Below, in pieces: positions 1-8,030 of a DNA stretch of 12,501 bases. The stretch comes from a virus. Location of the stretch: the UHGV virus genome UHGV-1654647. One strand, 5' to 3'. The first letter of the stretch is position 1. Every line of letters starts with the position of its first letter. The notes below the pieces were generated by a model. That model was given only the letters and a program-made list of their open reading frames with translations, made no database searches and was not told the DNA's origin. The translations under genes were made by a program, and so were the position numbers.

Positions 1-606
1 TCCGAAATCACAGAGAGCCGGGCAGGTGGGAACCGGTATGGAACCGGTTTTCAGGGCGCGCAGCAGCGCCTCGCGGGAAAAATAAAACGTCGCGCCAATC
101 TGGCGGGATTTCAGGATATCGCGGATGCGGTGCTCAAGCCCGGCGCGATACCAGTGCAACTGATAGTCGAAAGACTGCTCAAAGAAAATCTGCTCCAGCT
201 TTTCGATGGCCTCGTCACTGAAAAAATTCTTTTTCGGTTTGCGGCGCCCGCCTTTGTTGCGGTTAGCGACGTTCGGATTAAGGTCTGCTTCGTTGCCGGT
301 CTGGCTGTAGCGGTTGACCCGTGCCAGTCGTTCAATCTGGCGTCCGAGCAGGTCAATTTCCTTGAAGTCACCGCCGGTTTTCTGCGGTTTGATGATGAGC
401 TGGGTCAGCCGCGCTTCCAGGCTCATTTCGACACGGCTGATGGGGGCAACGCTGTCCCAGCCGTCGCGCTGTTTCCAGCTCTGCACCGTCGGGCGTTTCA
501 TCTGCAACATGGCGGCAATCTGCGGCACGGAAAACCCCTGCCAGTACAGCAGCGCCGCCTGACGACGCGGGTCGTGTAAAAGAGTGGTGTCTGTGGTGAT
601 GGTCAT
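1..606 (-). CDS. P: Terminase large (ATPase) subunit, N-terminal 202 codons; 3' part lies beyond the window start
   Basis: Minus-strand frame is open from ATG at 604-606 down to position 1 with no stop (MTITTDTTLLHDPRRQAALLYWQGFSVPQIAAMLQMKRPTVQSWKQRDGWDS...). Divergent from the O-N-M-L operon exactly as in the P2 Q-P / O-N-M-L layout. Absent from the ORF track because it has no stop inside the window. Confidence 0.8.
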   Translation of the reverse strand, partial: MTITTDTTLLHDPRRQAALLYWQGFSVPQIAAMLQMKRPTVQSWKQRDGWDSVAPISRVEMSLEARLTQLIIKPQKTGGDFKEIDLLGRQIERLARVNRYSQTGNEADLNPNVANRNKGGRRKPKKNFFSDEAIEKLEQIFFEQSFDYQLHWYRAGLEHRIRDILKSRQIGATFYFSREALLRALKTGSIPVPTCPALCDFG

Positions 607-779
607 GAATACCTCGCCGTGATGAATACACGGCAAGGCTACTGAGTCGCGCCCCGCGATTCGCTAAGGTGCTGTTGTGTCAGTGATAAGCCATCCGGGA
701 CTGATGGCGGAGGATGCGCATCGTCGGGAAACTGATGCCGACATGTGACTCCTCTAATCACTATTCAGGACTCCTGACA
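607..779. promoter_or_regulatory. Divergent intergenic region between P (leftward) and O (rightward); expected site of two activator-dependent late promoters
   Basis: 173-bp non-coding gap between two divergently oriented start codons; AGGA Shine-Dalgarno at 767-770 ahead of O ATG 780; direct repeat GACTCCT at 747-753 and 769-775. In P2 the P and O late promoters (Ogr-activated) lie in this position. Exact -10/-35 and activator boxes not resolved by eye. Confidence 0.5.
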
Positions 780-1634
780 ATGGCAAAAAAAGCATCAAAA
801 TTCTTTCGTATCGGCGTTGAGGGTGACACCTGTGACGGGCGTGTCATCAGTGCGCAGGATATTCAGGAAATGGCCGAAACCTTTGACCCGCGAGTCTATG
901 GTTGCCGCATTAACCTGGAACATCTGCGCGGCATCCTGCCTGACGGTATTTTTAAGCGTTATGGTGATGTGGTCGAACTGAAGGCCGAAAAGATTGACGA
1001 TGATTCGGCGCTGAAAGGCAAATGGGCGCTGTTTGCGAAAATCACCCCGACCGATGACCTTATCGCGATGAACAAGGCCGCGCAGAAGGTCTATACCTCA
1101 ATGGAAATTCAGCCGAACTTTGCCAATACAGGCAAATGTTATCTGGTGGGTCTGGCCGTCACCGATGACCCGGCAAGCCTCGGCACGGAATACCTGGAAT
1201 TCTGCCGCACGGCAAAACACAACCCTCTGAACCGCTTCAAATTAAGCCCTGAAAACCTGATTTCAGTGGCAACGCCTGTTGAGCTGGAATTTGAAGACCT
1301 GCCTGAAACCGTGTTCACAGCCCTGACCGAAAAGGTGAAATCCATTTTTGGCCGCAAACAGGCCAGCGATGACGCCCGTCTGAATGACGTGCATGAAGCG
1401 GTGACCGCTGTCGCTGAGCATGTGCAGGAAAAACTGAGCGCCACTGAGCAGCGCCTTGCTGAGATGGAAACCGCCTTTTCCGCACTTAAGCAGGATGTGA
1501 CTGACAGGGCGGATGAAACCAGTCAGGCATTCACCCGCCTGAAAAACAGCCTCGACCATACCGAAAGTCTGACCCAGCAGCGCCGCAGCAAAGCCACCGG
1601 CGGTGGCGGTGACGCCCTGATGACGAACTGCTGA
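780..1634 (+). CDS. O: Capsid scaffolding protein (284 aa)
   Basis: ORF 714..1634; start chosen at internal ATG 780 (MAKKASKFFRIGVEGDTCDGRV...) which has an SD and gives the 284-aa length I recall for P2 gpO; first gene of the head operon, upstream of the major capsid gene. Confidence 0.88.
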   Translation: MAKKASKFFRIGVEGDTCDGRVISAQDIQEMAETFDPRVYGCRINLEHLRGILPDGIFKRYGDVVELKAEKIDDDSALKGKWALFAKITPTDDLIAMNKAAQKVYTSMEIQPNFANTGKCYLVGLAVTDDPASLGTEYLEFCRTAKHNPLNRFKLSPENLISVATPVELEFEDLPETVFTALTEKVKSIFGRKQASDDARLNDVHEAVTAVAEHVQEKLSATEQRLAEMETAFSALKQDVTDRADETSQAFTRLKNSLDHTESLTQQRRSKATGGGGDALMTNC

Positions 1635-1692
1635 CCGGCGTCAGTCAGTCCGGGAAAACCTTCACGATTAACCCTTAATTTCAGGAAAAACT

Positions 1693-2766
1693 ATGCGCCA
1701 GGAAACCCGCTTTAAATTTAATGCCTACCTGTCCCGTGTTGCCGAACTGAACGGCATCGACGCCGGTGATGTGTCGAAAAAATTCACCGTTGAACCGTCG
1801 GTCACCCAGACCCTGATGAACACCATGCAGGAGTCCTCTGACTTTCTGACCCGCATCAACATTGTGCCGGTCAGCGAAATGAAAGGGGAAAAAATTGGTA
1901 TCGGTGTCACCGGCTCCATCGCCAGCACCACCGACACCGCCGGTGGCACCGAGCGTCAGCCGAAGGACTTCTCGAAGCTGGCGTCAAACAAGTACGAATG
2001 CGACCAGATTAACTTCGATTTTTATATCCGCTACAAAACGCTGGACCTGTGGGCGCGTTATCAGGATTTCCAGCTCCGTATCCGTAACGCCATTATCAAA
2101 CGCCAGTCCCTTGATTTCATCATGGCCGGTTTTAACGGCGTGAAGCGTGCCGAAACCTCTGACCGCAGCAGCAATCCGATGCTGCAGGATGTGGCGGTCG
2201 GCTGGCTGCAGAAATACCGCAATGAAGCCCCGGCGCGCGTGATGAGCAAGGTCACTGACGAGGAAGGGCACACCACCTCTGAGGTCATCCGCGTGGGTAA
2301 GGGCGGTGATTATGCCAGCCTTGATGCACTGGTGATGGATGCGACCAACAACCTGATTGAGCCGTGGTATCAGGAAGACCCTGACCTTGTGGTGATTGTG
2401 GGACGTCAGCTACTGGCGGACAAGTATTTTCCCATCGTCAACAAGGAGCAGGACAACAGCGAAATGCTGGCCGCTGACGTCATCATCAGCCAGAAACGCA
2501 TCGGCAACCTGCCAGCGGTACGCGTCCCGTACTTCCCGGCGGATGCGATGCTCATCACGAAGCTGGAAAACCTGTCCATCTACTACATGGATGACAGCCA
2601 TCGCCGCGTGATTGAGGAAAACCCGAAACTCGACCGCGTGGAGAACTACGAGTCAATGAACATTGATTACGTGGTGGAAGACTACGCCGCCGGTTGTCTG
2701 GTGGAAAAAATTAAGGTCGGTGATTTCTCCACACTGGCTAAAGCGACCGCAGAGCCGGGAGCGTAA
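1693..2766 (+). CDS. N: Major capsid protein (357 aa)
   Basis: ORF 1693..2766, MRQETRFKFNAYLSRVAELNGIDAGDVSKKF...; recognised as the P2 gpN major capsid protein; length and position after the scaffold gene fit. Confidence 0.93.
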   Translation: MRQETRFKFNAYLSRVAELNGIDAGDVSKKFTVEPSVTQTLMNTMQESSDFLTRINIVPVSEMKGEKIGIGVTGSIASTTDTAGGTERQPKDFSKLASNKYECDQINFDFYIRYKTLDLWARYQDFQLRIRNAIIKRQSLDFIMAGFNGVKRAETSDRSSNPMLQDVAVGWLQKYRNEAPARVMSKVTDEEGHTTSEVIRVGKGGDYASLDALVMDATNNLIEPWYQEDPDLVVIVGRQLLADKYFPIVNKEQDNSEMLAADVIISQKRIGNLPAVRVPYFPADAMLITKLENLSIYYMDDSHRRVIEENPKLDRVENYESMNIDYVVEDYAAGCLVEKIKVGDFSTLAKATAEPGA

Positions 2767-2769
2767 CCG

Positions 2770-3513
2770 ATGACGAGTCCCGCACAGCGCCACATGATGC
2801 GGGTCTCGGCAGCGATGACCGCGCAGCGGGAAGCCGCCCCGCTGCGACATGCAACTGTCTATGAGCAGATGCTGGTTAAGCTCGCCGCAGACCAGCGCAC
2901 ACTGAAAGCGATTTATTCAAAAGAGCTGAAGGCCGCGAAAAAACGCGAACTGCTGCCGTTCTGGTTGCCGTGGGTGAACGGCGTGCTGGAGCAGGGCAAA
3001 GGTGCACAGGATGACATTCTGATGACGGTCATGCTGTGGCGTCTGGATACCGGCGATATTGCCGGTGCGCTGGAGATTGCCCGTTATGCCCTGAAGTACG
3101 GTTTGACCATGCCGGGTAAACACCGCCGTACCCCGCCGTACATGTTCACCGAGGAGGTAGCGCTTGCGGCCATGCGCGCTCACGCTGCCGGTGAGTCTGT
3201 GGATACCCGCCTGCTGACGGAGACCCTTGAACTGACCGCCACGGCTGACATGCCTGATGAAGTGCGCGCAAAGCTGCACAAAATCACCGGTCTGTTTCTG
3301 CGTGACGGTGGTGATGCCGCCGGTGCGCTGGCTCACCTGCAACGTGCGACACAGCTCGACTGTCAGGCAGGCGTCAAAAAAGAGATTGAACGACTGGAGC
3401 GGGAGCTGAAACCGAAGCCGGAGCCGCAGCCCAAAGCGGCCACCCGCGCCCCGCGTAAGATCCGGAGCGTGACACCGGCAAAACGTGGACGCCCGAAAAA
3501 GAAAGCCAGTTAA
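2770..3513 (+). CDS. M: Terminase small (endonuclease) subunit (247 aa)
   Basis: ORF 2770..3513, starts 1 nt after N stop; basic K/R/P-rich C-terminus (KPKPEPQPKAATRAPRKIRSVTPAKRGRPKKKAS); position and length match P2 gpM. Confidence 0.88.
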   Translation: MTSPAQRHMMRVSAAMTAQREAAPLRHATVYEQMLVKLAADQRTLKAIYSKELKAAKKRELLPFWLPWVNGVLEQGKGAQDDILMTVMLWRLDTGDIAGALEIARYALKYGLTMPGKHRRTPPYMFTEEVALAAMRAHAAGESVDTRLLTETLELTATADMPDEVRAKLHKITGLFLRDGGDAAGALAHLQRATQLDCQAGVKKEIERLERELKPKPEPQPKAATRAPRKIRSVTPAKRGRPKKKAS

Positions 3514-3612
3514 CAACCGAATGCGCCCCGCGCCAGGGCGGCACGCCGGTCAGTGAGGGTGAATCACCTGACACTGCACCGGCGTCCACCGCCCGACTTT
3601 TCAGAGGTAGTC

Positions 3613-4122
3613 ATGATGACGCTGATTATTCCGCGAAAGGAGGCTCCCGTGTCCGGTGAGGGTACGGTGGTCATCCCGCAACCGGCAGGCGACGAGCCGG
3701 TGATTAAAAACACGTTCTTTTTTCCCGATATCGACCCGAAGCGCGTCCGGGAACGTATGCGCCTTGAGCAGACCGTCGCCCCCGCCCGTCTGCGTGAGGC
3801 CATCAAGTCAGGCATGGCGGAGACGAATGCGGAGCTGTACGAGTACCGCGAACAGAAAATTGCCGCCGGTTTTACGCGTCTGGCGGACGTCCCGGCGGAC
3901 GACATCGACGGTGAAAGCATCAAAGTTTTTTACTACGAGCGCGCCGTGTGTGCGATGGCGACCGCGTCGCTTTATGAACGTTATCGCGGTGTGGATGCCA
4001 GTGCGAAAGGCGACAAGAAGGCCGACAGCATTGACAGCACCATTGATGAGCTGTGGCGGGATATGCGCTGGGCAGTGGCGCGCATCCAGGGCAAGCCGCG
4101 CTGCATCGTGAGTCAAATCTGA
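3613..4122 (+). CDS. L: Head completion/stabilisation protein (169 aa)
   Basis: ORF 3553..4122; start placed at ATG 3613 (MMTLIIPRKEAPVSGEG...), giving 169 aa as I recall for P2 gpL; stop overlaps X start (TGATG). Confidence 0.88.
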   Translation: MMTLIIPRKEAPVSGEGTVVIPQPAGDEPVIKNTFFFPDIDPKRVRERMRLEQTVAPARLREAIKSGMAETNAELYEYREQKIAAGFTRLADVPADDIDGESIKVFYYERAVCAMATASLYERYRGVDASAKGDKKADSIDSTIDELWRDMRWAVARIQGKPRCIVSQI

Positions 4123-4325
4123 TGAAGACCTTTGCGCTACAGGGCGACACGCTCGACGCCATTTGTGTCCGGTATTACGGGCGCACTGAGGGCGTGGTTG
4201 AGACCGTGCTCGCCGCAAATCCGGGACTGGCTGAACTGGGTGCGGTGCTGCCACACGGCACCGCCGTCGAACTGCCCGACGTTCAGACCGCGCCCGTGGC
4301 TGAAACTGTCAATCTGTGGGAGTAA
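4122..4325 (+). CDS. X: Tail protein X (67 aa, LysM-like fold family)
   Basis: Internal ATG 4122 of ORF 4053..4325 (MKTFALQGDTLDAICVRYYGRTEGVVETVLAANPGLAELGAVLPHGTAVELP...); start overlaps L stop; size and position match P2 gpX. Confidence 0.85.
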   Translation: MKTFALQGDTLDAICVRYYGRTEGVVETVLAANPGLAELGAVLPHGTAVELPDVQTAPVAETVNLWE

Positions 4326-4328
4326 CGC

Positions 4329-4610
4329 ATGACAGCAGAAGAAAAAAGCGTCCTGTCGCTTTTCATGATTGGGGTGCTGATTGTTGTCGGCAAGGTGCTT
4401 GCCGGTGGTGAACCCATCACCCCGCGTCTGTTTATCGGGCGCATGTTGCTCGGTGGTTTTGTCTCGATGGTTGCCGGTGTTGTTCTGGTGCAGTTTCCTG
4501 ACCTGTCACTGCCTGCGGTGTGCGGTATCGGCTCCATGCTGGGTATCGCCGGTTATCAGGTGATTGAGATTGCCATTCAGCGCCGCTTTAAGGGCAGGGG
4601 GAAACCGTAA
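4329..4610 (+). CDS. Y: Holin (93 aa)
   Basis: Small protein with hydrophobic transmembrane stretches (LSLFMIGVLIVVGKVLAGG..., GGFVSMVAGVVLVQF...) and charged C-terminus; sits immediately upstream of the endolysin; stop overlaps K start (TAATG). Confidence 0.88.
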   Translation: MTAEEKSVLSLFMIGVLIVVGKVLAGGEPITPRLFIGRMLLGGFVSMVAGVVLVQFPDLSLPAVCGIGSMLGIAGYQVIEIAIQRRFKGRGKP

Positions 4611-5107
4611 TGCCGGTTATTAACACGCATCAGAATATCGCCGCCTTTCTCGACATGCTGGCCGTGTCCGAAGGGACGGCAAACCATCCGCTGACGAAAA
4701 ACCGGGGCTATGACGTGATAGTCACCGGACTGGACGGGAAGCCGGAAATTTTCACCGACTACAGTGACCACCCGTTCGCACATGGCCGACCGGCGAAGGT
4801 GTTTAACCGTCGCGGTGAAAAATCCACGGCCTCCGGTCGCTATCAGCAGCTTTACCTGTTCTGGCCGCATTACCGCAAACAGCTTGCCCTGCCGGATTTC
4901 AGTCCGTTGTCACAGGACAGACTTGCCATTCAGTTGATCCGCGAACGCGGTGCACTGGATGACATCCGGGCGGGACGCATTGAGCGCGCCATTTCACGCT
5001 GTCGCAATATCTGGGCGTCCCTGCCGGGTGCCGGTTACGGTCAGCGTGAGCATTCACTGGAAAAACTGGTCACCGTCTGGCGTGCCGCTGGCGGCGTACC
5101 GGCTTAA
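4610..5107 (+). CDS. K: Endolysin (lysozyme/muramidase-like, 165 aa)
   Basis: ORF 4610..5107, MPVINTHQNIAAFLDMLAVSEGTANHPLTKNRGYDVIVTG...; second gene of the lysis cassette; length matches P2 gpK. Confidence 0.88.
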   Translation: MPVINTHQNIAAFLDMLAVSEGTANHPLTKNRGYDVIVTGLDGKPEIFTDYSDHPFAHGRPAKVFNRRGEKSTASGRYQQLYLFWPHYRKQLALPDFSPLSQDRLAIQLIRERGALDDIRAGRIERAISRCRNIWASLPGAGYGQREHSLEKLVTVWRAAGGVPA

Positions 5108-5121
5108 ACGGAGTAAACACC

Positions 5122-5547
5122 ATGAAGAAATTATCCCTTTCACTGATGCTGAACGTGTCGCTGGCGCTGATGCTGGCACTGTCCCTGATTTACCCGCAGA
5201 GCGTGGCCGTCAATTTTGTCGCCGCCTGGGCGATTCTGGCGACGGTTATCTGTGTGGTTGCCGGTGGTGTCGGCGTGTATGCCACTGAGTATGTGCTGGA
5301 ACGCTACGGGCGGGAGCTGCCGCCGGAATCGCTGGCCGTGAAGATTGTCGCGTCGCTGTTTTTGCAGCCGGTGCCGTGGCGCAGACGGGCGGCGGCTCTG
5401 GTGGTGATGGTGGCGACGTTTATCTCGCTGGTCGCTGCCGGGTGGATTTTTACCGCGCTGATTTACCTCGTGGCGTCGGTGTTCTTCCGGTTGATACGCA
5501 CGGCCTGTCGTCAGCGTTTTGAGGGGCGGGAACCATGTCAAAGCTGA
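5122..5547 (+). CDS. lysA: Lysis timing/regulator membrane protein LysA (141 aa)
   Basis: ORF 5122..5547, strongly hydrophobic with multiple predicted transmembrane segments; located between endolysin and spanin genes as in P2. Confidence 0.8.
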   Translation: MKKLSLSLMLNVSLALMLALSLIYPQSVAVNFVAAWAILATVICVVAGGVGVYATEYVLERYGRELPPESLAVKIVASLFLQPVPWRRRAAALVVMVATFISLVAAGWIFTALIYLVASVFFRLIRTACRQRFEGREPCQS

Positions 5548-5960
5548 TGATTGTGCTGGTTGTGTTGTTATCACTGGCGGTGGCCGGTCTGTTTCTGGCG
5601 AAGCATGAAAACGCCAGCCTGCGCACCTCGCTGGACAGGGCGAACAACGTCGCCAACGGGCAGCAGACGACCATCACCATGCTGAAAAATCAGCTTCATG
5701 TTGCCCTCGCCAGAGCAGACAAAAACGAGCTGGCGCAGGTGGCACTGCGTCAGGAACTGGAGAACGCGGCGAAGCGTGAAGCACAGCGCGAGAAAACCAT
5801 CACGAGGTTACTGAATGAAAACGAAGATTTTCGCCGCTGGTACGGCGCTGGCCTGCCTGATGCTGTGCGCCGGTTGCACCAGCGCCCGGCCTGCACCGAC
5901 GCCAGTGATTGTCGCCAACGCCTGCCCGAAAGTGAGCCTTTGCCCGATGCCGGGCAGTGA
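5535..5960 (+). CDS. lysB: Inner-membrane spanin (Rz-like) LysB (141 aa)
   Basis: ORF 5535..5960; N-terminal TM anchor (MSKLMIVLVVLLSLAVAGLFLA) followed by a charged, coiled-coil-like periplasmic region; start overlaps lysA end by 13 nt. Confidence 0.83.
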   Translation: MSKLMIVLVVLLSLAVAGLFLAKHENASLRTSLDRANNVANGQQTTITMLKNQLHVALARADKNELAQVALRQELENAAKREAQREKTITRLLNENEDFRRWYGAGLPDAVRRLHQRPACTDASDCRQRLPESEPLPDAGQ

Positions 5961-6105
5961 CCCGGAGACGAACGGCGATTTAAGTGCCGATATCCGACAG
6001 CTTGAGAACGCGCTGGCACGCTGTGCCAGCCAGGTAAAAATGATTAAACACTGTCAGGACGAAAACGATGCTCAAACCCGACAGCCTGCGCAGGGCGCTG
6101 ACTGA
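5815..6105 (+). CDS. lysC: Outer-membrane lipoprotein spanin (Rz1-like) LysC (96 aa), in +1 frame overlapping lysB 3' end and R 5' end
   Basis: ORF 5815..6105; signal peptide with Cys-containing lipobox-like motif (MKTKIFAAGTALACLMLCAGC) then Pro-rich mature part (TSARPAPTPVIVANACPKVSLCPMPGSDPE); overlapped architecture as in P2 lysB/lysC. Confidence 0.75.
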   Translation: MKTKIFAAGTALACLMLCAGCTSARPAPTPVIVANACPKVSLCPMPGSDPETNGDLSADIRQLENALARCASQVKMIKHCQDENDAQTRQPAQGAD

Positions 6106-6535
6106 TGCCGTCACGGTGCTGAAAACCAGTCCCGAGATGCTGCGGATATTCGTTGATAACGGGAGTATTGCCTCCACGCTGGCGACGTCGTTGTCATTCG
6201 AAAAGCGTTACACGCTCAATGTGATTGTGACCGACTTTACCGGTGATTTTGACCTGCTCATCGTGCCGGTGCTGGCGTGGCTGCGGGAAAATCAGCCCGA
6301 CATCATGACCACCGACGCAGGCCAGAAAAAGGGCTTCACGTTTTATGCAGACATCAACAATGACAGCAGCTTTGATATCAGCATCAGCCTGATGCTGACC
6401 GAGCGCACGCTGGTCAGTGAGGTGGACGGCGCACTGCATGTGAAGAATATCCCGGAACCCACGCCGCCGGAGCCGGTCACCCGCCCGGTGGAGCTTTATA
6501 TCAATGGCGAACTGGTGAGCAAGTGGGATGAATGA
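6068..6535 (+). CDS. R: Tail completion protein R (155 aa)
   Basis: ORF 6068..6535; position after the lysis cassette and length match P2 gpR; stop overlaps S start (ATGAATGA). Confidence 0.87.
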   Translation: MLKPDSLRRALTDAVTVLKTSPEMLRIFVDNGSIASTLATSLSFEKRYTLNVIVTDFTGDFDLLIVPVLAWLRENQPDIMTTDAGQKKGFTFYADINNDSSFDISISLMLTERTLVSEVDGALHVKNIPEPTPPEPVTRPVELYINGELVSKWDE

Positions 6536-6980
6536 GTTTAAGCGTTTTGAAGACCGGCTGACCGGACTGATTGAATCGCTGTCACCGTCAGGGCGTCGGC
6601 GACTGAGCGCCGAACTGGCGAAACGTCTGCGGCAGAGTCAGCAGCGTCGGGTGATGGCTCAGAAAGCCCCGGACGGCACACCCTACGCGCCACGCCAGCA
6701 GCAGAGCGCCAGAAAAAAGACTAGTCGTGTTAAGCGAAAAATGTTTGCGAAACTTATCACCAGTCGTTTTTTGCATATCAGCGCCAGCACGGAACAGGCA
6801 TCAATGGAATTTTACGGCGGAAAGTCACCGAAAATTGCGAGCGTGCATCAGTTCGGTCTGTCGGAAGAAACCCGGAAAGACGGTAAGAAAATTGATTATC
6901 CGGCGCGTCCCCTGCTCGGCTTTACCGGTGAGGATGTGCAGATGATTGAAGAGATTATTCTGGCGCACCTCGACCGTTAG
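6528..6980 (+). CDS. S: Tail completion protein S (150 aa)
   Basis: ORF 6528..6980, MNEFKRFEDRLTGLIESLSPSGRRRLSAELAKRLRQSQ...; position and length match P2 gpS. Confidence 0.87.
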   Translation: MNEFKRFEDRLTGLIESLSPSGRRRLSAELAKRLRQSQQRRVMAQKAPDGTPYAPRQQQSARKKTSRVKRKMFAKLITSRFLHISASTEQASMEFYGGKSPKIASVHQFGLSEETRKDGKKIDYPARPLLGFTGEDVQMIEEIILAHLDR

Positions 6981-7046
6981 TTGTGCCATTCCCGACACCT
7001 CATCGTCACATTGCCGCCGGTATGACCCGGCGGCATCCTTCCCGTT
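6981..7046 (+). promoter_or_regulatory. S-V intergenic region with a perfect GC-rich hairpin (7013-7034) immediately before V; probable location of the V-operon late promoter or a 5' leader structure
   Basis: 66-bp gap; GCCGCCGG (7013-7020), loop TATGAC, CCGGCGGC (7027-7034) is a perfect 8-bp inverted repeat ending 12 nt before the V ATG; no obvious SD for V; no T-run after the stem. P2 has a late promoter in front of V. Confidence 0.35.
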
Positions 7047-7682
7047 ATGAACACTCTCGCAAATATTCAGGAACTCGCGCGCGCACTGCGCAACATGATC
7101 CGCACCGGCCTTGTCGTCGAAACCGACCTTGACGCCGGTCGTTGCCGTGTGCAGACCGGCGGCATGTGCACTGACTGGCTTCAGTGGCTGACCCATCGCG
7201 CCGGACGTTCGCGCACATGGTGGGCGCCTTCCGTGGGGGAACAGGTGTTGATTCTGTCCGTGGGCGGTGAACTCGACACGGCGTTCGTTCTGCCGGGGAT
7301 TTATTCCGGCGATAACCCTGCGCCGTCTGCGTCGGCGGATGCACTGCATATCCGTTTCCCTGACGGGGCGGTGATTGAGTATGAACCCGAAACCAGTGGA
7401 CTCACGGTAAGCGGAATTAAAACGGCCAGCGTGACGGCTTCTGATTCTGTTACTGCCACGGTGCCGGTGGTCATGGTGAAAGCATCAACCCGCGTCACCC
7501 TGGACACACCGGAGGTGGTCTGCACCAACAAGCTGATTACCGGCACGCTGGAAGTGCAGAAGGGCGGGACGATGCGCGGCAACATTGAACACACCGGCGG
7601 TGAACTCTCATCAAACGGTAAGGTACTGCATACCCATAAACACCCCGGCGACAGCGGCGGCACAACCGGGAGTCCTTTATGA
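7047..7682 (+). CDS. V: Baseplate central spike protein (211 aa)
   Basis: ORF 7047..7682; length and position match P2 gpV; stop overlaps W start (ATGA). Confidence 0.88.
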   Translation: MNTLANIQELARALRNMIRTGLVVETDLDAGRCRVQTGGMCTDWLQWLTHRAGRSRTWWAPSVGEQVLILSVGGELDTAFVLPGIYSGDNPAPSASADALHIRFPDGAVIEYEPETSGLTVSGIKTASVTASDSVTATVPVVMVKASTRVTLDTPEVVCTNKLITGTLEVQKGGTMRGNIEHTGGELSSNGKVLHTHKHPGDSGGTTGSPL

Positions 7683-8026
7683 CAGCGCGTTATCTCGGAA
7701 TGAATCGCAGTGATGGCCTGACTGTCACTGACCTTGAGCATATCAGCCAGAGTATCGGCGATATCCTGCGTACCCCCGTCGGCTCACGGGTGATGCGTCG
7801 TGATTACGGCTCGTTGCTGGCGTCAATGATTGACCAGCCGCAGACCCCGGCGCTTGAGTTGCAGATTAAGGTCGCCTGTTACATGGCGGTGCTGAAATGG
7901 GAACCCCGCGTAACCCTGTCATCCGTCACCACTGAGCGCAGTTTTGACGGGCGAATGACTGTCACTTTGACCGGCCAGCACAACGACACCGGCCAGCCAC
8001 TTTCGTTAACCATCCCTGTGAGTTGA
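7679..8026 (+). CDS. W: Baseplate wedge protein (T4 gp25-like, 115 aa)
   Basis: ORF 7679..8026, MTARYLGMNRSDGLTVTDLEHISQSIGDILRTPVGSRVMRRDYGS...; length and position match P2 gpW. Confidence 0.88.
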   Translation: MTARYLGMNRSDGLTVTDLEHISQSIGDILRTPVGSRVMRRDYGSLLASMIDQPQTPALELQIKVACYMAVLKWEPRVTLSSVTTERSFDGRMTVTLTGQHNDTGQPLSLTIPVS

Positions 8027-8030
8027 AACC

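Noticed and set aside
30-48. Direct repeat GAACCGGT...GAACCGGT near the window start
   Set aside because: Short, lies inside the P coding frame, and each copy is built around the palindrome ACCGGT; most likely coding coincidence, not a regulatory or packaging site.
714-779. N-terminal extension of the O ORF (MRIVGKLMPTCDSSNHYSGLLT...) from the six-frame track
   Set aside because: The internal ATG at 780 has a proper Shine-Dalgarno and gives the expected 284-aa scaffold protein; the upstream part lies in the divergent promoter region.
1635-1692. Short hairpin CTGAC-CGGC-GTCAG in the O-N spacer as a terminator
   Set aside because: Only a 5-bp stem with no U-tract, and N must be co-transcribed with O at high level; more likely incidental or a minor mRNA structure.
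3553-3612. N-terminal extensions of the L ORF (from 3553) and the X ORF (4053..4121)
   Set aside because: The expected gene lengths (169 aa and 67 aa) and coupled stop/start overlaps place the true starts at 3613 and 4122; the extensions are read-through of upstream sequence in frame.
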